Shown: positions 48,496 through 58,258, counted from the first letter of the stretch. The stretch: DNA of 64,000 bases from a virus (IMGVR_UViG_3300028549_000507:1-64000), one strand, 5' to 3'. A program made the numbers and translations. The notes: generated by a model from the letters alone, not told the origin.

Positions 48496-49563
48496 TTAAA
48501 AGATATGATCTATCCAATGAATGGAATCGAAATGTTGTTCATTCCTAAACTTACCTATATCATAAGTAAAGTCTTTGGTTATAAATCCACCATTATGTTT
48601 ATCATACTTTATAATTCTAATAGCAATGTTGCCTATAGTAGCTTTTACCATAAGTCTAAAATTGAATTCGAATTCATCTTTTATAAAATCCATAGATGTT
48701 ACGAATGTTTCTATGGCATTATTTTCTATTTGAGTTCTATAAATATCGTTTGGAAGCTTGTGATCTGTAATATACTTTATCCTGGATAACCCATCTATAG
48801 TATCGTAGCAAAATTCCAAACCATTGTAAAGCAGAGTCAACTTCAGGTCAGTGACAGGTCCTACTATCATATACTTGAGGTAATCGATTGTGTCACTATG
48901 ACTTAATCCCTCATTATATTGACATTCCATAGACTCCATATCAAAGGCATGACTAGTCTGCAAGTTAGAGTAGTTTGATTTATTTGTAACGATCATTCTA
49001 GTATTCTCATCAATTAATTCTTTGAGAATAACTTTGTAATGATCTATCTTCATGTAATCGCCATTGTTAAGAAACACATCACCACCAAATGCTCTATCGA
49101 TATTTTCCAGCCCTATAGCTTGGTGCTCTTCATTATAGTACCTGATATCAGGTATTTTTGCAAAATTATCAGTATAACTAAAGTTATCAACATAAGATGT
49201 GTGAGCTCTCAACTCATCGAATCTATTTCTACGTAAATCATAATCGTGCATTCCGTATGATAGATCTTTAACAAATAGCTCAGAGTGCATATTTAATGCA
49301 TCCCTATAGTTTCCATCTGTAGGAATTCTAGAGAAAACCATACCTAAACAATGGTATATGTTTACATTTTGAACCTGTTGTTTGTTTGAAAGTATTCCGA
49401 CAGCACTACCTCCTTTAGTAGCACAAATATTAACCACAGTTATCTGCGACGGCTCCATCACAGAATTAGGTAATTCGAAAATTATATATCGTTTGTTATA
49501 CACGATATTGGATAAATTTGTAAAAGATTTACCCTTTAAAGATCCGCCTGTATTTATATACAA
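48496..49563 (-). CDS. Hypothetical protein (possible paralog of 47349)
   Basis: 355 aa, TTG start with SD AAGGAG, starts MYINTG. Confidence 0.6.
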   Translation of the reverse strand: MYINTGGSLKGKSFTNLSNIVYNKRYIIFELPNSVMEPSQITVVNICATKGGSAVGILSNKQQVQNVNIYHCLGMVFSRIPTDGNYRDALNMHSELFVKDLSYGMHDYDLRRNRFDELRAHTSYVDNFSYTDNFAKIPDIRYYNEEHQAIGLENIDRAFGGDVFLNNGDYMKIDHYKVILKELIDENTRMIVTNKSNYSNLQTSHAFDMESMECQYNEGLSHSDTIDYLKYMIVGPVTDLKLTLLYNGLEFCYDTIDGLSRIKYITDHKLPNDIYRTQIENNAIETFVTSMDFIKDEFEFNFRLMVKATIGNIAIRIIKYDKHNGGFITKDFTYDIGKFRNEQHFDSIHWIDHIF

Positions 49564-49577
49564 TTTAAACTCCTTTT

Positions 49578-49614
49578 AAAAAATATAATGGTTGGGACAT
49601 TCCCAACCATTATA
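49578..49614 (-). terminator. Intrinsic terminator
   Basis: TATAATGGTTGGGA/TCCCAACCATTATA 14-bp stem plus T6. Confidence 0.8.
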
Positions 49615-49618
49615 CATT

Positions 49619-51241
49619 CTAGTTTATAATCTTTAAATAAAACTCTAAGATCTCATTAATAAGCTCTTCATCAGAGTGTTTTATGATATTACCGTTACGT
49701 GGATCTCCGAAATTATTATATACAAACTTATCGTTTGCAAGATGAATTACATCGTCTCGAATAAAGTCTTTCTTTTCAAAGAAACCTCTAATAAAACGAT
49801 ATTTTCCATCAACAATCTCAGTATATCTAGGATCTTCATAAAACTTTCTATCAGAGTTCTTTCCGCCCCATCGCTGTGTAAACGAATGTCCGACACAATT
49901 GGATGCGACATAATCTGCAAGAATATTAAACCCTTGTTTTCTCAAATACTTAATAGTAAGTATGAGTAATCTGACATAGTTATGTCTATTATTATCATAC
50001 ATATTATCAATCCCACCATAACTGTGTGAGAAGATGTTGAATATAGTTTTAGATTGCATATTATGAAGATATAGATTATTCATATAGAATAGATATTCTT
50101 CATACGAATCAATGAATACCCCATATCGAGCAGATATCTTACCAATCGTATCATCAGCAGTATATCGTCTAACGATTTTTAGCAATTCATCTGGACGAGC
50201 TATCTTATTCTCATGAATCTCTATCTCAGTCACAATGTTATCATCGCTACCGGTATTCTTATAATCGTCCCCAAACCCGTTCAAATGGTTATACCCATTA
50301 TCAGTTTGAGGCGTCCAAGTTGCCGATGTATTTTTGATAACTCCTAGAAGATATGATGCAGCTTTATCGACTGGTTCAATTACCGCAATAATCTTTGCAA
50401 GAACCTTAGAAAAGTTATTCTCAATCTCAGTATCAGTTGTAATACCTTTGATTGCCATATTGTCATACATCTTCTTGTGAACTTTTACAGAGTTCTTAAC
50501 GATCTTAGTCGTATATCTGTGTAGTTTATCAAGGATATCATTATCATATTTAAGAGTCAAAGACATTCTTTTAAACAACGCAATAGCCAGATCGTGGAAG
50601 AATTCTTTAGAATCAACTTCTCGGATCATGATATTACAATAATGAGTACAGATAGGAACGATAAGATTTGCGGCATATTTAACATGACACATACCTTTAA
50701 TATCCATATCGGTAAATGTCATATCCATGGAATGTTTATGTTTGGTTGAATCGATTAATTCATCCATACTTCCCATATATACTGAATCTACGTAATTGAA
50801 AATTATCTTAATAATGTTATCTGTTACAACATTCATAAGCTCATTTATAAATACAGGATAGGGGATCTTCGTAAGTTCTCCACCATCATCAATATCCATT
50901 TTCATAGATATTATATTAAGGATAAACTCTTCAGTGTCTCTTAATCCTTCATTATATTTGCGTTTAATCTTGTCGCCAGTATCAATATGAACAAATTGTT
51001 CTGTAAATGAATGGTTTAGAATTCGATTATTATTATCGACTATCAGAGCATTATATCTTTTGAATATACGTTTTGCCGATAGCGATACTCTGAAAGTATC
51101 ATATGGCTTAGCGAAATCGAAGAGTTTACTTACATCAATTGTAATATCTCCCGGACTATCTGTAGATAGTTTGAAGAAGTGCTTACCTTTGAAAGGCTTT
51201 TGCACAAACTCATACTTCTCTTTCTCAATATCTTCGCTCAT
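49619..51241 (-). CDS. Putative non-virion RNAP promoter-specificity subunit (AR9 gp226/phiKZ gp68-like)
   Basis: About 540 aa helical protein; ANLIVPICTHY recalls the IP-x-x-x-x-Y motif of this family; early-type upstream TATATTTACTA; start moved to MSEDIEK. Confidence 0.45.
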   Translation of the reverse strand: MSEDIEKEKYEFVQKPFKGKHFFKLSTDSPGDITIDVSKLFDFAKPYDTFRVSLSAKRIFKRYNALIVDNNNRILNHSFTEQFVHIDTGDKIKRKYNEGLRDTEEFILNIISMKMDIDDGGELTKIPYPVFINELMNVVTDNIIKIIFNYVDSVYMGSMDELIDSTKHKHSMDMTFTDMDIKGMCHVKYAANLIVPICTHYCNIMIREVDSKEFFHDLAIALFKRMSLTLKYDNDILDKLHRYTTKIVKNSVKVHKKMYDNMAIKGITTDTEIENNFSKVLAKIIAVIEPVDKAASYLLGVIKNTSATWTPQTDNGYNHLNGFGDDYKNTGSDDNIVTEIEIHENKIARPDELLKIVRRYTADDTIGKISARYGVFIDSYEEYLFYMNNLYLHNMQSKTIFNIFSHSYGGIDNMYDNNRHNYVRLLILTIKYLRKQGFNILADYVASNCVGHSFTQRWGGKNSDRKFYEDPRYTEIVDGKYRFIRGFFEKKDFIRDDVIHLANDKFVYNNFGDPRNGNIIKHSDEELINEILEFYLKIIN

Positions 51242-51304
51242 ACGTTCCCCAAAGTTAAAGTTATTCAAGTAGTAAATATATACTCATATACTCACTTTAA
51301 GATA

Positions 51305-51330
51305 TTGCGGGAATTGTTTAATTCCCGCAA
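51305..51330 (-). terminator. Hairpin after gyrB
   Basis: TTGCGGGAATT/AATTCCCGCAA, 11 bp. Confidence 0.65.
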
Positions 51331-51334
51331 ATAA

Positions 51335-53722
51335 TTACATTTCACCTTTTACGAGAAACATTTCTTTCTTAGCAGTGCTATTTGTGAAAAGGTTCTCAAT
51401 CCACGTATCAGTATAGAATTTATCAGTACTTTTCAATTGGATGATATAACGAGTTTTCGTATCCATAGACGTTACACGAAGTTCCTCTTCCGAGTTCGCT
51501 CCGAGACCTTTAGATCGCGTAACCTCCATACCAGAATTATTTCCAAATAGAGTATTATGAATAAGTTTACCTTGTTCATAATAGATACCACTATAGATAG
51601 TTCCAGTATTACGTCCTACCAATCGGATTCTACATAGTTGAATTTTATTTTTAATGAAATCTACAATAGGATCTATTATATTTTCTTTAAAAGTTCTATC
51701 AATCTGTATATAGAAGTGCTCATATTCCTTATCAATATTAAGCTTTCTAACTCCACCTTCTTCAATATCGAATTTGGTACAATCAAATCCATAAACTTTA
51801 AGTGATTTAGTATTACCTTTCATGATATTCTTGAAATCCATAGCAATTGCTTCCAATATGATAGGATTCAATGTTAATCTATGAGCAAACTCATCAAGCA
51901 ATTTAGAATAGTCTACAAGATTCTGAATGTAGTATTTAAATACATAATCCGGAATATCTGTATTCTCTGGGGTAATACCTTTGAATACTTTCATACACTT
52001 ATCATTTAGCAAACGATTCAGTTGATCATGATTATTGATATATATCGAATTACCTTTAGCATTCATAGTGTATAAAGGCGGTTTAGCAATGAATACATTT
52101 CCATTCTCAATCAGCTCTGGGTAATGTATATGAAAGAATGCTATAAGAAGTGAACTAATATGATACCCATCAACATCGGCGTCTGTAATGATAATGATAC
52201 GCTTATATCTCAATTTAGAGATATCTTTAGTATCATCTTTACCAATTCCGAGAATCTTGACAAGAGTCATAAGTTCCTCTGATAGATCAGATTTCTTTAC
52301 AACATTTTTCACTTTACCACGAAGAGCGAATACAGCTTGATAATCTCTATTACGACCATCTTTAACAGATGATGCAGCGGAATCTCCTTCACATAAGAAT
52401 ATCTCCGTACGCTCTGGATCATTCTTATTACAGTCGGAGAATTTCTTTACATCAATAGTCTTGAATAGATCAGTTTTACTTGATCCAGATTTGATGATCG
52501 CATCTTTAAGCTTACTTGTTTCATATCTCAATTTTGCAAGTTTAGCACAATGTTCACCGATCTTATCGATAGTTGTTGGATCAGAAGATATCCATTTACT
52601 AATCTCATTCTTAAGAACTGGTACAGTTGTAGGTCTATATTCTTTAGAGTTGAAATAACTCTTCTGCTGACCTGTATATTCCGCATGTTGTTGGTCTGCA
52701 ACAATGATCGCAAACATACTATCTGCAATCTCGGAACCACTAATCTTAATCTTATTTGCCATAGATTTAGGTATGTAATTACCTTTATTAAGATGAGCAG
52801 TCAATGTTCCGAGTGCTTCTGTTAACGATTTAACGTGTTCACCACCATCTTTAGTATAGATACCATTTACATATGAAATGCTACCCGCACCACGTCCGGT
52901 GAATCCTAGTACGATATTATAACCTACAGTATGTTTATCATTAAACCATTTGAAATGTACTGGTTTACCGATTGTCTTAATACTACGTTTACGACTTTCT
53001 TTTTCATAATAGTCTACAACGCCATTAGGATGATAATAGTGTTCAACACGACCATTATCCCATTTGAAGTTAATCTTTACACCGGGAGTTACCATAGATT
53101 GTACTTCTACAAAATTTCTATACTCAGATGCTCTAGATGTAATATCTACAAGACGCATAACCTCTACGTCAGGAGTCCATTCGATAATTGTACCGGTGAG
53201 TTTCTTGTCAACTTTAACAATTTCAACATCACCAATCTGCACACCCATATCGAATTTGACCTTATGAGATTCACCATCTCGTGTAGAAATTGCTACAAGA
53301 TCACGACTTACGGCAGTAACCATAGTGATACCAATCCCATTTACGCCGCCAGATACAGGATATCCAGACTTCTCTGCCCCAGCGATATCTCCCATTTTAC
53401 CGGAAGTATTCATCTTAGTGAGAATTCGTACAAGTTTACCTTGTGGGATACCTCGACCTCTATCTTCAATACGGAATCGGGGACCTCGACTATCGATAGT
53501 ATTATTGATATATACATCAATTTCATTACCGAAACCGGCTATAAATTCGTCAATTGAATTCGCAAATACTTCTTGAAGTAGGTGAAATACTCCATCCAAC
53601 TCAATTTTACCATTGAGCATAGGGCGTTTTCTCAATGCTTCAAGTTCCGTAAGTTCAACGATGTGGTCATCATTATAACCAGTAGACATAGTAGATCCTT
53701 CATGTTTATTATTAGACTTCAT
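51335..53722 (-). CDS. gyrB: Type IIA topoisomerase/gyrase subunit B
   Basis: GHKL motifs EVFANSIDE, EDRGRGIP and GGVNGIG; Toprim motifs CEGDSA, LRGK and TDADVDG. Confidence 0.95.
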   Translation of the reverse strand: MKSNNKHEGSTMSTGYNDDHIVELTELEALRKRPMLNGKIELDGVFHLLQEVFANSIDEFIAGFGNEIDVYINNTIDSRGPRFRIEDRGRGIPQGKLVRILTKMNTSGKMGDIAGAEKSGYPVSGGVNGIGITMVTAVSRDLVAISTRDGESHKVKFDMGVQIGDVEIVKVDKKLTGTIIEWTPDVEVMRLVDITSRASEYRNFVEVQSMVTPGVKINFKWDNGRVEHYYHPNGVVDYYEKESRKRSIKTIGKPVHFKWFNDKHTVGYNIVLGFTGRGAGSISYVNGIYTKDGGEHVKSLTEALGTLTAHLNKGNYIPKSMANKIKISGSEIADSMFAIIVADQQHAEYTGQQKSYFNSKEYRPTTVPVLKNEISKWISSDPTTIDKIGEHCAKLAKLRYETSKLKDAIIKSGSSKTDLFKTIDVKKFSDCNKNDPERTEIFLCEGDSAASSVKDGRNRDYQAVFALRGKVKNVVKKSDLSEELMTLVKILGIGKDDTKDISKLRYKRIIIITDADVDGYHISSLLIAFFHIHYPELIENGNVFIAKPPLYTMNAKGNSIYINNHDQLNRLLNDKCMKVFKGITPENTDIPDYVFKYYIQNLVDYSKLLDEFAHRLTLNPIILEAIAMDFKNIMKGNTKSLKVYGFDCTKFDIEEGGVRKLNIDKEYEHFYIQIDRTFKENIIDPIVDFIKNKIQLCRIRLVGRNTGTIYSGIYYEQGKLIHNTLFGNNSGMEVTRSKGLGANSEEELRVTSMDTKTRYIIQLKSTDKFYTDTWIENLFTNSTAKKEMFLVKGEM

Positions 53723-53813
53723 TTTACTCTCCGAATGTTACATTTATTTGTTGAGTGAATTATAATTTTTAATCCTATGGCGTTATCTAATATATATTTA
53801 AACGATATCATTG

Positions 53814-53847
53814 AAAAAAAAAAGAAAGGCTTGCACCCTTTCTTTTT
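53814..53847. terminator. Bidirectional terminator
   Basis: A-tract-GAAAGG-CTTGCAC-CCTTTC-T-tract. Confidence 0.8.
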
Positions 53848-54106
53848 AACTCATACTCGCCATTACGCCGAGTATTGTCCCTGCAAGCACAGTGCTCGCC
53901 AGAACCGTGTTGAGTACGATCTTTTGAACACCTTTGACTTCCGACAACCCGTCGGAAGTTGAGAGCATCATGAGCGGGATGCTCATGATCGCCAGTGCAA
54001 GCGCGATTCCTATGGCAATATATGCCATAGGTTTAATCATCATAATCACCGCAACCGTAACAACAGTAACGATAATTTGAAGTGCTTCTTTTGTAGAATC
54101 TTTCAT
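53846..54106 (-). CDS. 86-aa membrane cassette protein with hairpin-dense CDS
   Basis: Two to three hydrophobic stretches; GGATTTATT-ATG; family-C leader. Confidence 0.7.
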   Translation of the reverse strand: MKDSTKEALQIIVTVVTVAVIMMIKPMAYIAIGIALALAIMSIPLMMLSTSDGLSEVKGVQKIVLNTVLASTVLAGTILGVMASMS

Positions 54107-54213
54107 AATAAATCCAATCCGGGCATATATTGTTTTGCCCTATAATTAATTAATAGAAGGTAAGTTAACATTCGTTACTTCCTTCTTTGTTCACTATTAA
54201 ATATACATATTAC
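54107..54213 (-). promoter_or_regulatory. Early promoter plus family-C two-hairpin leader
   Basis: TATATTTAATAGT at 54193-54205. Confidence 0.85.
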
Positions 54214-54245
54214 AAAAAAAAAGAGAGAGGGATTACTCCCTCCCT
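54214..54245 (-). terminator. Terminator, family T1
   Basis: AGGGAGGGA-GTAA-TCCCTCTCT plus T-tract. Confidence 0.85.
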
Positions 54246-54246
54246 A

Positions 54247-54588
54247 CTAAGAATCCATAGAATCAGGATCGGTATCAACAATTTCCAAAAGATTACTTTC
54301 ATAATCAAGATGTAGATAAACTCTTTTTCCAACTTCACAATTGGAAGATCCCATTTCTTCAATGAGTTCTTTTACATGAGTATTGTTAAACCTAGCAAAT
54401 ATTACATTGCCAAGCGGTACAGATTTCTTAATATCCACAACACTTCCTTCTATGAAGTCTCTGTGGATATATTTATCAATCTGAGGATCATGTATCTTAA
54501 CCCATACAACTGCTCCATTCATGAACGTTTTTAACTTATATCTAAAACGTTCTGGGAATGATGTTACTTCGATAATTAGTCTACTCAT
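54247..54588 (-). CDS. 113-aa cassette ORF, hypothetical
   Basis: GGAGAATATT-ATG; own promoter and terminator. Confidence 0.7.
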   Translation of the reverse strand: MSRLIIEVTSFPERFRYKLKTFMNGAVVWVKIHDPQIDKYIHRDFIEGSVVDIKKSVPLGNVIFARFNNTHVKELIEEMGSSNCEVGKRVYLHLDYESNLLEIVDTDPDSMDS

Positions 54589-54660
54589 AATATTCTCCGT
54601 TATTAAAGTATTATGGATGCATCTCGATTGAGATGCATCCTATTCATTATTAAATATATA
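54589..54660 (-). promoter_or_regulatory. Early promoter variant plus palindromic leader
   Basis: TATATTTAATAAT at 54646-54658, then GGATGCATCTC-AATC-GAGATGCATCC (11-bp stem). Confidence 0.8.
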
Positions 54661-54673
54661 CTTTAATAATAGT

Positions 54674-55111
54674 TTAAAGTATGGCCCTTCTAATCTCACC
54701 AATGACAAATTGCTTCATTTCCTGAGCATAATCGCCTAGGTATACAGTCTCACCATAACGACGATTATTAATAGTCATTTCTTCGCCAATTATATCACAC
54801 ACCATAAACATAACATTCTCAATTAGATCGAGTTTGTATTTTGAGATCTTCTTAGTATTGTATGCATAAGTAGATATGTATACTCCTGTAACATTGGTTA
54901 TAAGTTCAAAAATGTTAACAAGTGTAGTTTTTTTATTAGAATTTTCACGCTTTAAACTTTTGCGGATATTTTTCATGTCATTATATATTACGCCGAAGAT
55001 CTTTTTATCCTCAAGGAGTTTATAGACCGCACGTTTAATAACTAACCGAAACATCACCTCTGCTGCAATTGTGCTTAATACGTCTTTCAAAACACTAACC
55101 TTAAACATCAT
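54674..55111 (-). CDS. Hypothetical protein
   Basis: 145 aa, SD AGGAG, directly after the endolysin. Confidence 0.6.
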   Translation of the reverse strand: MMFKVSVLKDVLSTIAAEVMFRLVIKRAVYKLLEDKKIFGVIYNDMKNIRKSLKRENSNKKTTLVNIFELITNVTGVYISTYAYNTKKISKYKLDLIENVMFMVCDIIGEEMTINNRRYGETVYLGDYAQEMKQFVIGEIRRAIL

Positions 55112-55116
55112 ATCTC

Positions 55117-56028
55117 CTATTTAAAATTTGAAGCAATTACTTTTCTAATAGACTCGAAATAAGCTCTACGCCCATCAAGTCCATGACTACCACCATTGAT
55201 ACGTTTTGTAAGAAGAGTTACATTATTAGTATCAGCAATAGTATTACAATTATTCTTTGTCCAGAACCATACCGCAGAGTCAACGATGCCACCACCTCTA
55301 GTACAGAAATCAACTGCTTCAGGAACTGTAATCTTTCTATCAGCAGCATATGCTGTATAGTTAGCTCTACCCGTCAACTGTATAAGTCCTCTGCCGCGAA
55401 ATCTAAACCCATCACCACTCGATGGATTTCCATTAGCCATTCTATTGGCATAAACCTTATTAGCAATAGCCTCAGGTTTTCTGGCGTATTTAGCAGCCTC
55501 GGCATCAGTAAGGAAGTATTTCTTAAAAATCTTAAGAAGACCTTCCTTAGAATAATTTAGATTCTCAGTAACAACACGGAAACCACCAGATTCTTGAGCA
55601 CATTGTGCTAAGAAATGAGATGCTCTAAGTTCCGTGTTAATATTGCCGATATCCATAAAGTTATTCAAGAACGGTACGAGATCCTTACGACCAGTAGGGA
55701 ATAATTTTACAAACTGGGCTTCTGTTATAATTGGTTTTTTAGCTACAGGAGATGCTGCGACTATCTCATTAATTTCAACATCCTCAACCTTTGATGCTTC
55801 TTTAATTGGAGAAGATACAGCCTCGACTATAGGAGTTTCTACAACTAATGCAACAAGCTGACCATCAATCTCATTTTCAGAGAAATGAGCAGTATCTAGA
55901 ACTGCCGGAGTTGTTGTAGGAGGTTCTACAAGAGTAGGTTCTGTATGCATTGGGGTTGCCGATATTGCAACCGGTTCAGATCTACGAGATCTTAGGTATT
56001 CGATAATAGTTCTGAGTAAAGATTTCAT
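55117..56028 (-). CDS. Glycoside hydrolase family 19 endolysin with N-terminal low-complexity extension
   Basis: FLAQCAQESGGF, ENLNYS, FRGRGLIQLTGRANY, SAVWFW and INGG..GL..R. Confidence 0.9.
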   Translation of the reverse strand: MKSLLRTIIEYLRSRRSEPVAISATPMHTEPTLVEPPTTTPAVLDTAHFSENEIDGQLVALVVETPIVEAVSSPIKEASKVEDVEINEIVAASPVAKKPIITEAQFVKLFPTGRKDLVPFLNNFMDIGNINTELRASHFLAQCAQESGGFRVVTENLNYSKEGLLKIFKKYFLTDAEAAKYARKPEAIANKVYANRMANGNPSSGDGFRFRGRGLIQLTGRANYTAYAADRKITVPEAVDFCTRGGGIVDSAVWFWTKNNCNTIADTNNVTLLTKRINGGSHGLDGRRAYFESIRKVIASNFK

Positions 56029-56064
56029 AGAATCTCTCCAAATGAATAAAATTAATTAGATACA

Positions 56065-56076
56065 CATTATAATGTT
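56065..56076 (-). promoter_or_regulatory. Late promoter AACA-N6-TG
   Basis: AACATTATAATG upstream of the endolysin. Confidence 0.7.
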
Positions 56077-56080
56077 TACT

Positions 56081-56692
56081 TTAAGGATTGTATATAGGAT
56101 TTTCATCTATTTTGAATTTCCATGTACCATCCAAAAACCCAGTAGGACACTCTCCCGAATTAGTTCTATACTCTCTAACATTAGGACTATTTATAGTTGC
56201 ACTACGTTCATCCAAGGTATACTCGCTAATTTTAAATGATCGAGCATTGGTATTTATTAGAAATGGTTCATTTCCTACAATTTGTTTATAATCGTTACAA
56301 TTACACCATCTTCTAAACTCGGCAAAAGGTTCCTGAGTTTTTGAATGTGACAATATTTTGAAGAATCGTTCATTTCCAGATTCGAATGTTATAATGTCCG
56401 CATCAAGATGAGGAATTATATATAACTCGACATAAGAATTTGTTGTGTAATCATTAATAATACCTGTTAGATTTTCCATTATATCACTTATAGCACGTTC
56501 GATTCTTTCGGTATCAAATCGATTACAACATATAGAAGAAAATCTGACAAGTATTTCATTATGATTATTGTGCGTATAACTAGCTAATGGACAACTTCCC
56601 ACACCACCACTGATATAGGATATAACTTTATTCGCCGGAGTCTTTCCGGGATATTTAATTTCCAATACAATACTTTTAACTTGTAAAAACAT
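56081..56692 (-). CDS. Hypothetical protein
   Basis: 203 aa, operon context. Confidence 0.6.
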   Translation of the reverse strand: MFLQVKSIVLEIKYPGKTPANKVISYISGGVGSCPLASYTHNNHNEILVRFSSICCNRFDTERIERAISDIMENLTGIINDYTTNSYVELYIIPHLDADIITFESGNERFFKILSHSKTQEPFAEFRRWCNCNDYKQIVGNEPFLINTNARSFKISEYTLDERSATINSPNVREYRTNSGECPTGFLDGTWKFKIDENPIYNP

Positions 56693-56695
56693 AAA

Positions 56696-57277
56696 CTAAT
56701 CTCCTCTGTAAGTATCTTCCCATGTTTCTTCTAGAAATGAATCCGCGTCAATAAGCTCAAACTCTGCTTCTTCAATATCATCGTCTTCGTAGCCACTACC
56801 ATCTTCATCTTCACAATCGTCATAACCATCTGTTCCACTACGAAGTTCATCGAGATAGAATCTAATATTAGAATTATTAAACACCTCTCCAGGACCAACG
56901 TAATGTAATTGATTTTTCAACGTATTTATTGAGAAGAATGGTTTGACTTTAATACCATCAATACTATTGAATGATGATACAGCTACCAAATACACCGAAT
57001 CGATTGCGATTTCATCCTCAATCCAATTCAACATTATTGGGCAATTTGTAAACATGATATAGTCTTCTAATTTAGAATCTTCAATGATACTATCCATGTA
57101 TTTTTCAACATCCCAATACTCCAAATCTCTCGTAGGATCCCATAACACCATAGCATTTGGATTATAATCCATACCAATAGAATTCATTAGAGGGATTACT
57201 TCTAACGGGTTTCTATTTAAAAGAATGTCATGTAAATATTTTTTTTCTTCATAAGTTCCTAGTATAATTCTAATCAT
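56696..57277 (-). CDS. Hypothetical protein with acidic tail
   Basis: 193 aa, D/E-rich C-terminus. Confidence 0.6.
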   Translation of the reverse strand: MIRIILGTYEEKKYLHDILLNRNPLEVIPLMNSIGMDYNPNAMVLWDPTRDLEYWDVEKYMDSIIEDSKLEDYIMFTNCPIMLNWIEDEIAIDSVYLVAVSSFNSIDGIKVKPFFSINTLKNQLHYVGPGEVFNNSNIRFYLDELRSGTDGYDDCEDEDGSGYEDDDIEEAEFELIDADSFLEETWEDTYRGD

Positions 57278-57710
57278 GAGATGTCTTCAATTCTTTTGAT
57301 GTAATTAACGGATTTTCATTAAAATGAAATTTAAGCCATTCTAGACATGCGCTATTATATTCCTCTGACTTCTCGGGTTCCCAAGATACTCTGAAAGTTC
57401 TTGAGATATCCTCGATAAAGTATCGAATATGTACATTATCAGGATGACCGAATATTTCAGTAATCATATCATCGAAAGATCTCAGATTTCTGACATGGAA
57501 AAGTATATATGCATCATGACTTCCTTCTTGATTAGATGGTATACCATCTTCATTGGTCGAAGGAATTGAACCTTGACATGATGCTATTGGGGTAACGTCC
57601 AATGAATAATTCATACTTATTACCATGATGATTGCGGATATACCAGAATCTACACTATAAGATATATCATCTGTTTTATGTGCATTGAAATCTGTTCTAT
57701 TCGTATACAT
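57270..57710 (-). CDS. Hypothetical protein
   Basis: Start probably MYTNR at 57710, which minimises the overlap with the upstream gene. Confidence 0.55.
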   Translation of the reverse strand: MYTNRTDFNAHKTDDISYSVDSGISAIIMVISMNYSLDVTPIASCQGSIPSTNEDGIPSNQEGSHDAYILFHVRNLRSFDDMITEIFGHPDNVHIRYFIEDISRTFRVSWEPEKSEEYNSACLEWLKFHFNENPLITSKELKTSHD

Positions 57711-57942
57711 CAATACCATCCAATTCTTTTTGAATACGTTTACATCCCTCAATATCTCCAGCAACAAGGCATATTTTATGACCCTGAATTAACGCGATTC
57801 TTCTAGACTGGTTGACCATTTTTTCAGGAGCATCGTATAAGTGTAAGCCTCGGTTATTCATTTTCGCAAAGATTGTAGCGAAATGTCTTCTCTGTCTCTC
57901 CATAAAGATTTCTAATCTCTCTTTTCTACTTCTCGGTCTCAT
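57697..57942 (-). CDS. Small basic hypothetical protein
   Basis: 81 aa, SD GGAG. Confidence 0.6.
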   Translation of the reverse strand: MRPRSRKERLEIFMERQRRHFATIFAKMNNRGLHLYDAPEKMVNQSRRIALIQGHKICLVAGDIEGCKRIQKELDGIDVYE

Positions 57943-58258
57943 TTGGAACTCCTTCGGAAATATGAAAACTCTTATTAACTTTTATATACAAATTCGTATC
58001 AGCACACGCAACAGCTTCTTTCCAGTATATAATACTGTCAGTAACGCCTTCATCGATCCATCTAGTACATTCTTCTTCTGTAATTGGTTCTTTCCAATTA
58101 GCAACGCAAGATTGATTGACCGTACATTCTTTTAAATGAAACCACGGTTTATTTTCATTGAAGTATATCCCGTTATAACTCCCGCTGATAGTGGGAATGT
58201 CATCAAGACATACAAACATTTCTTCTTCGATTTTCAACATCCGAACAACACGTTTCAT
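57926..58258 (-). CDS. Hypothetical early protein
   Basis: 110 aa; upstream TATATTTATAAT promoter variant near 58285-58296. Confidence 0.6.
   Translation of the reverse strand: MKRVVRMLKIEEEMFVCLDDIPTISGSYNGIYFNENKPWFHLKECTVNQSCVANWKEPITEEECTRWIDEGVTDSIIYWKEAVACADTNLYIKVNKSFHISEGVPNETEK

Noticed and set aside
51335-53722. Possible intein or intron in the long gyrB
   Set aside because: No splicing motifs; the extra length lies in the Toprim insertion region known from long GyrB proteins
53846-54106. Higher GC as proof that the cargo genes are foreign
   Set aside because: The highly expressed capsid and sheath genes are also noticeably GC-richer than the rest, so GC alone is only weak support
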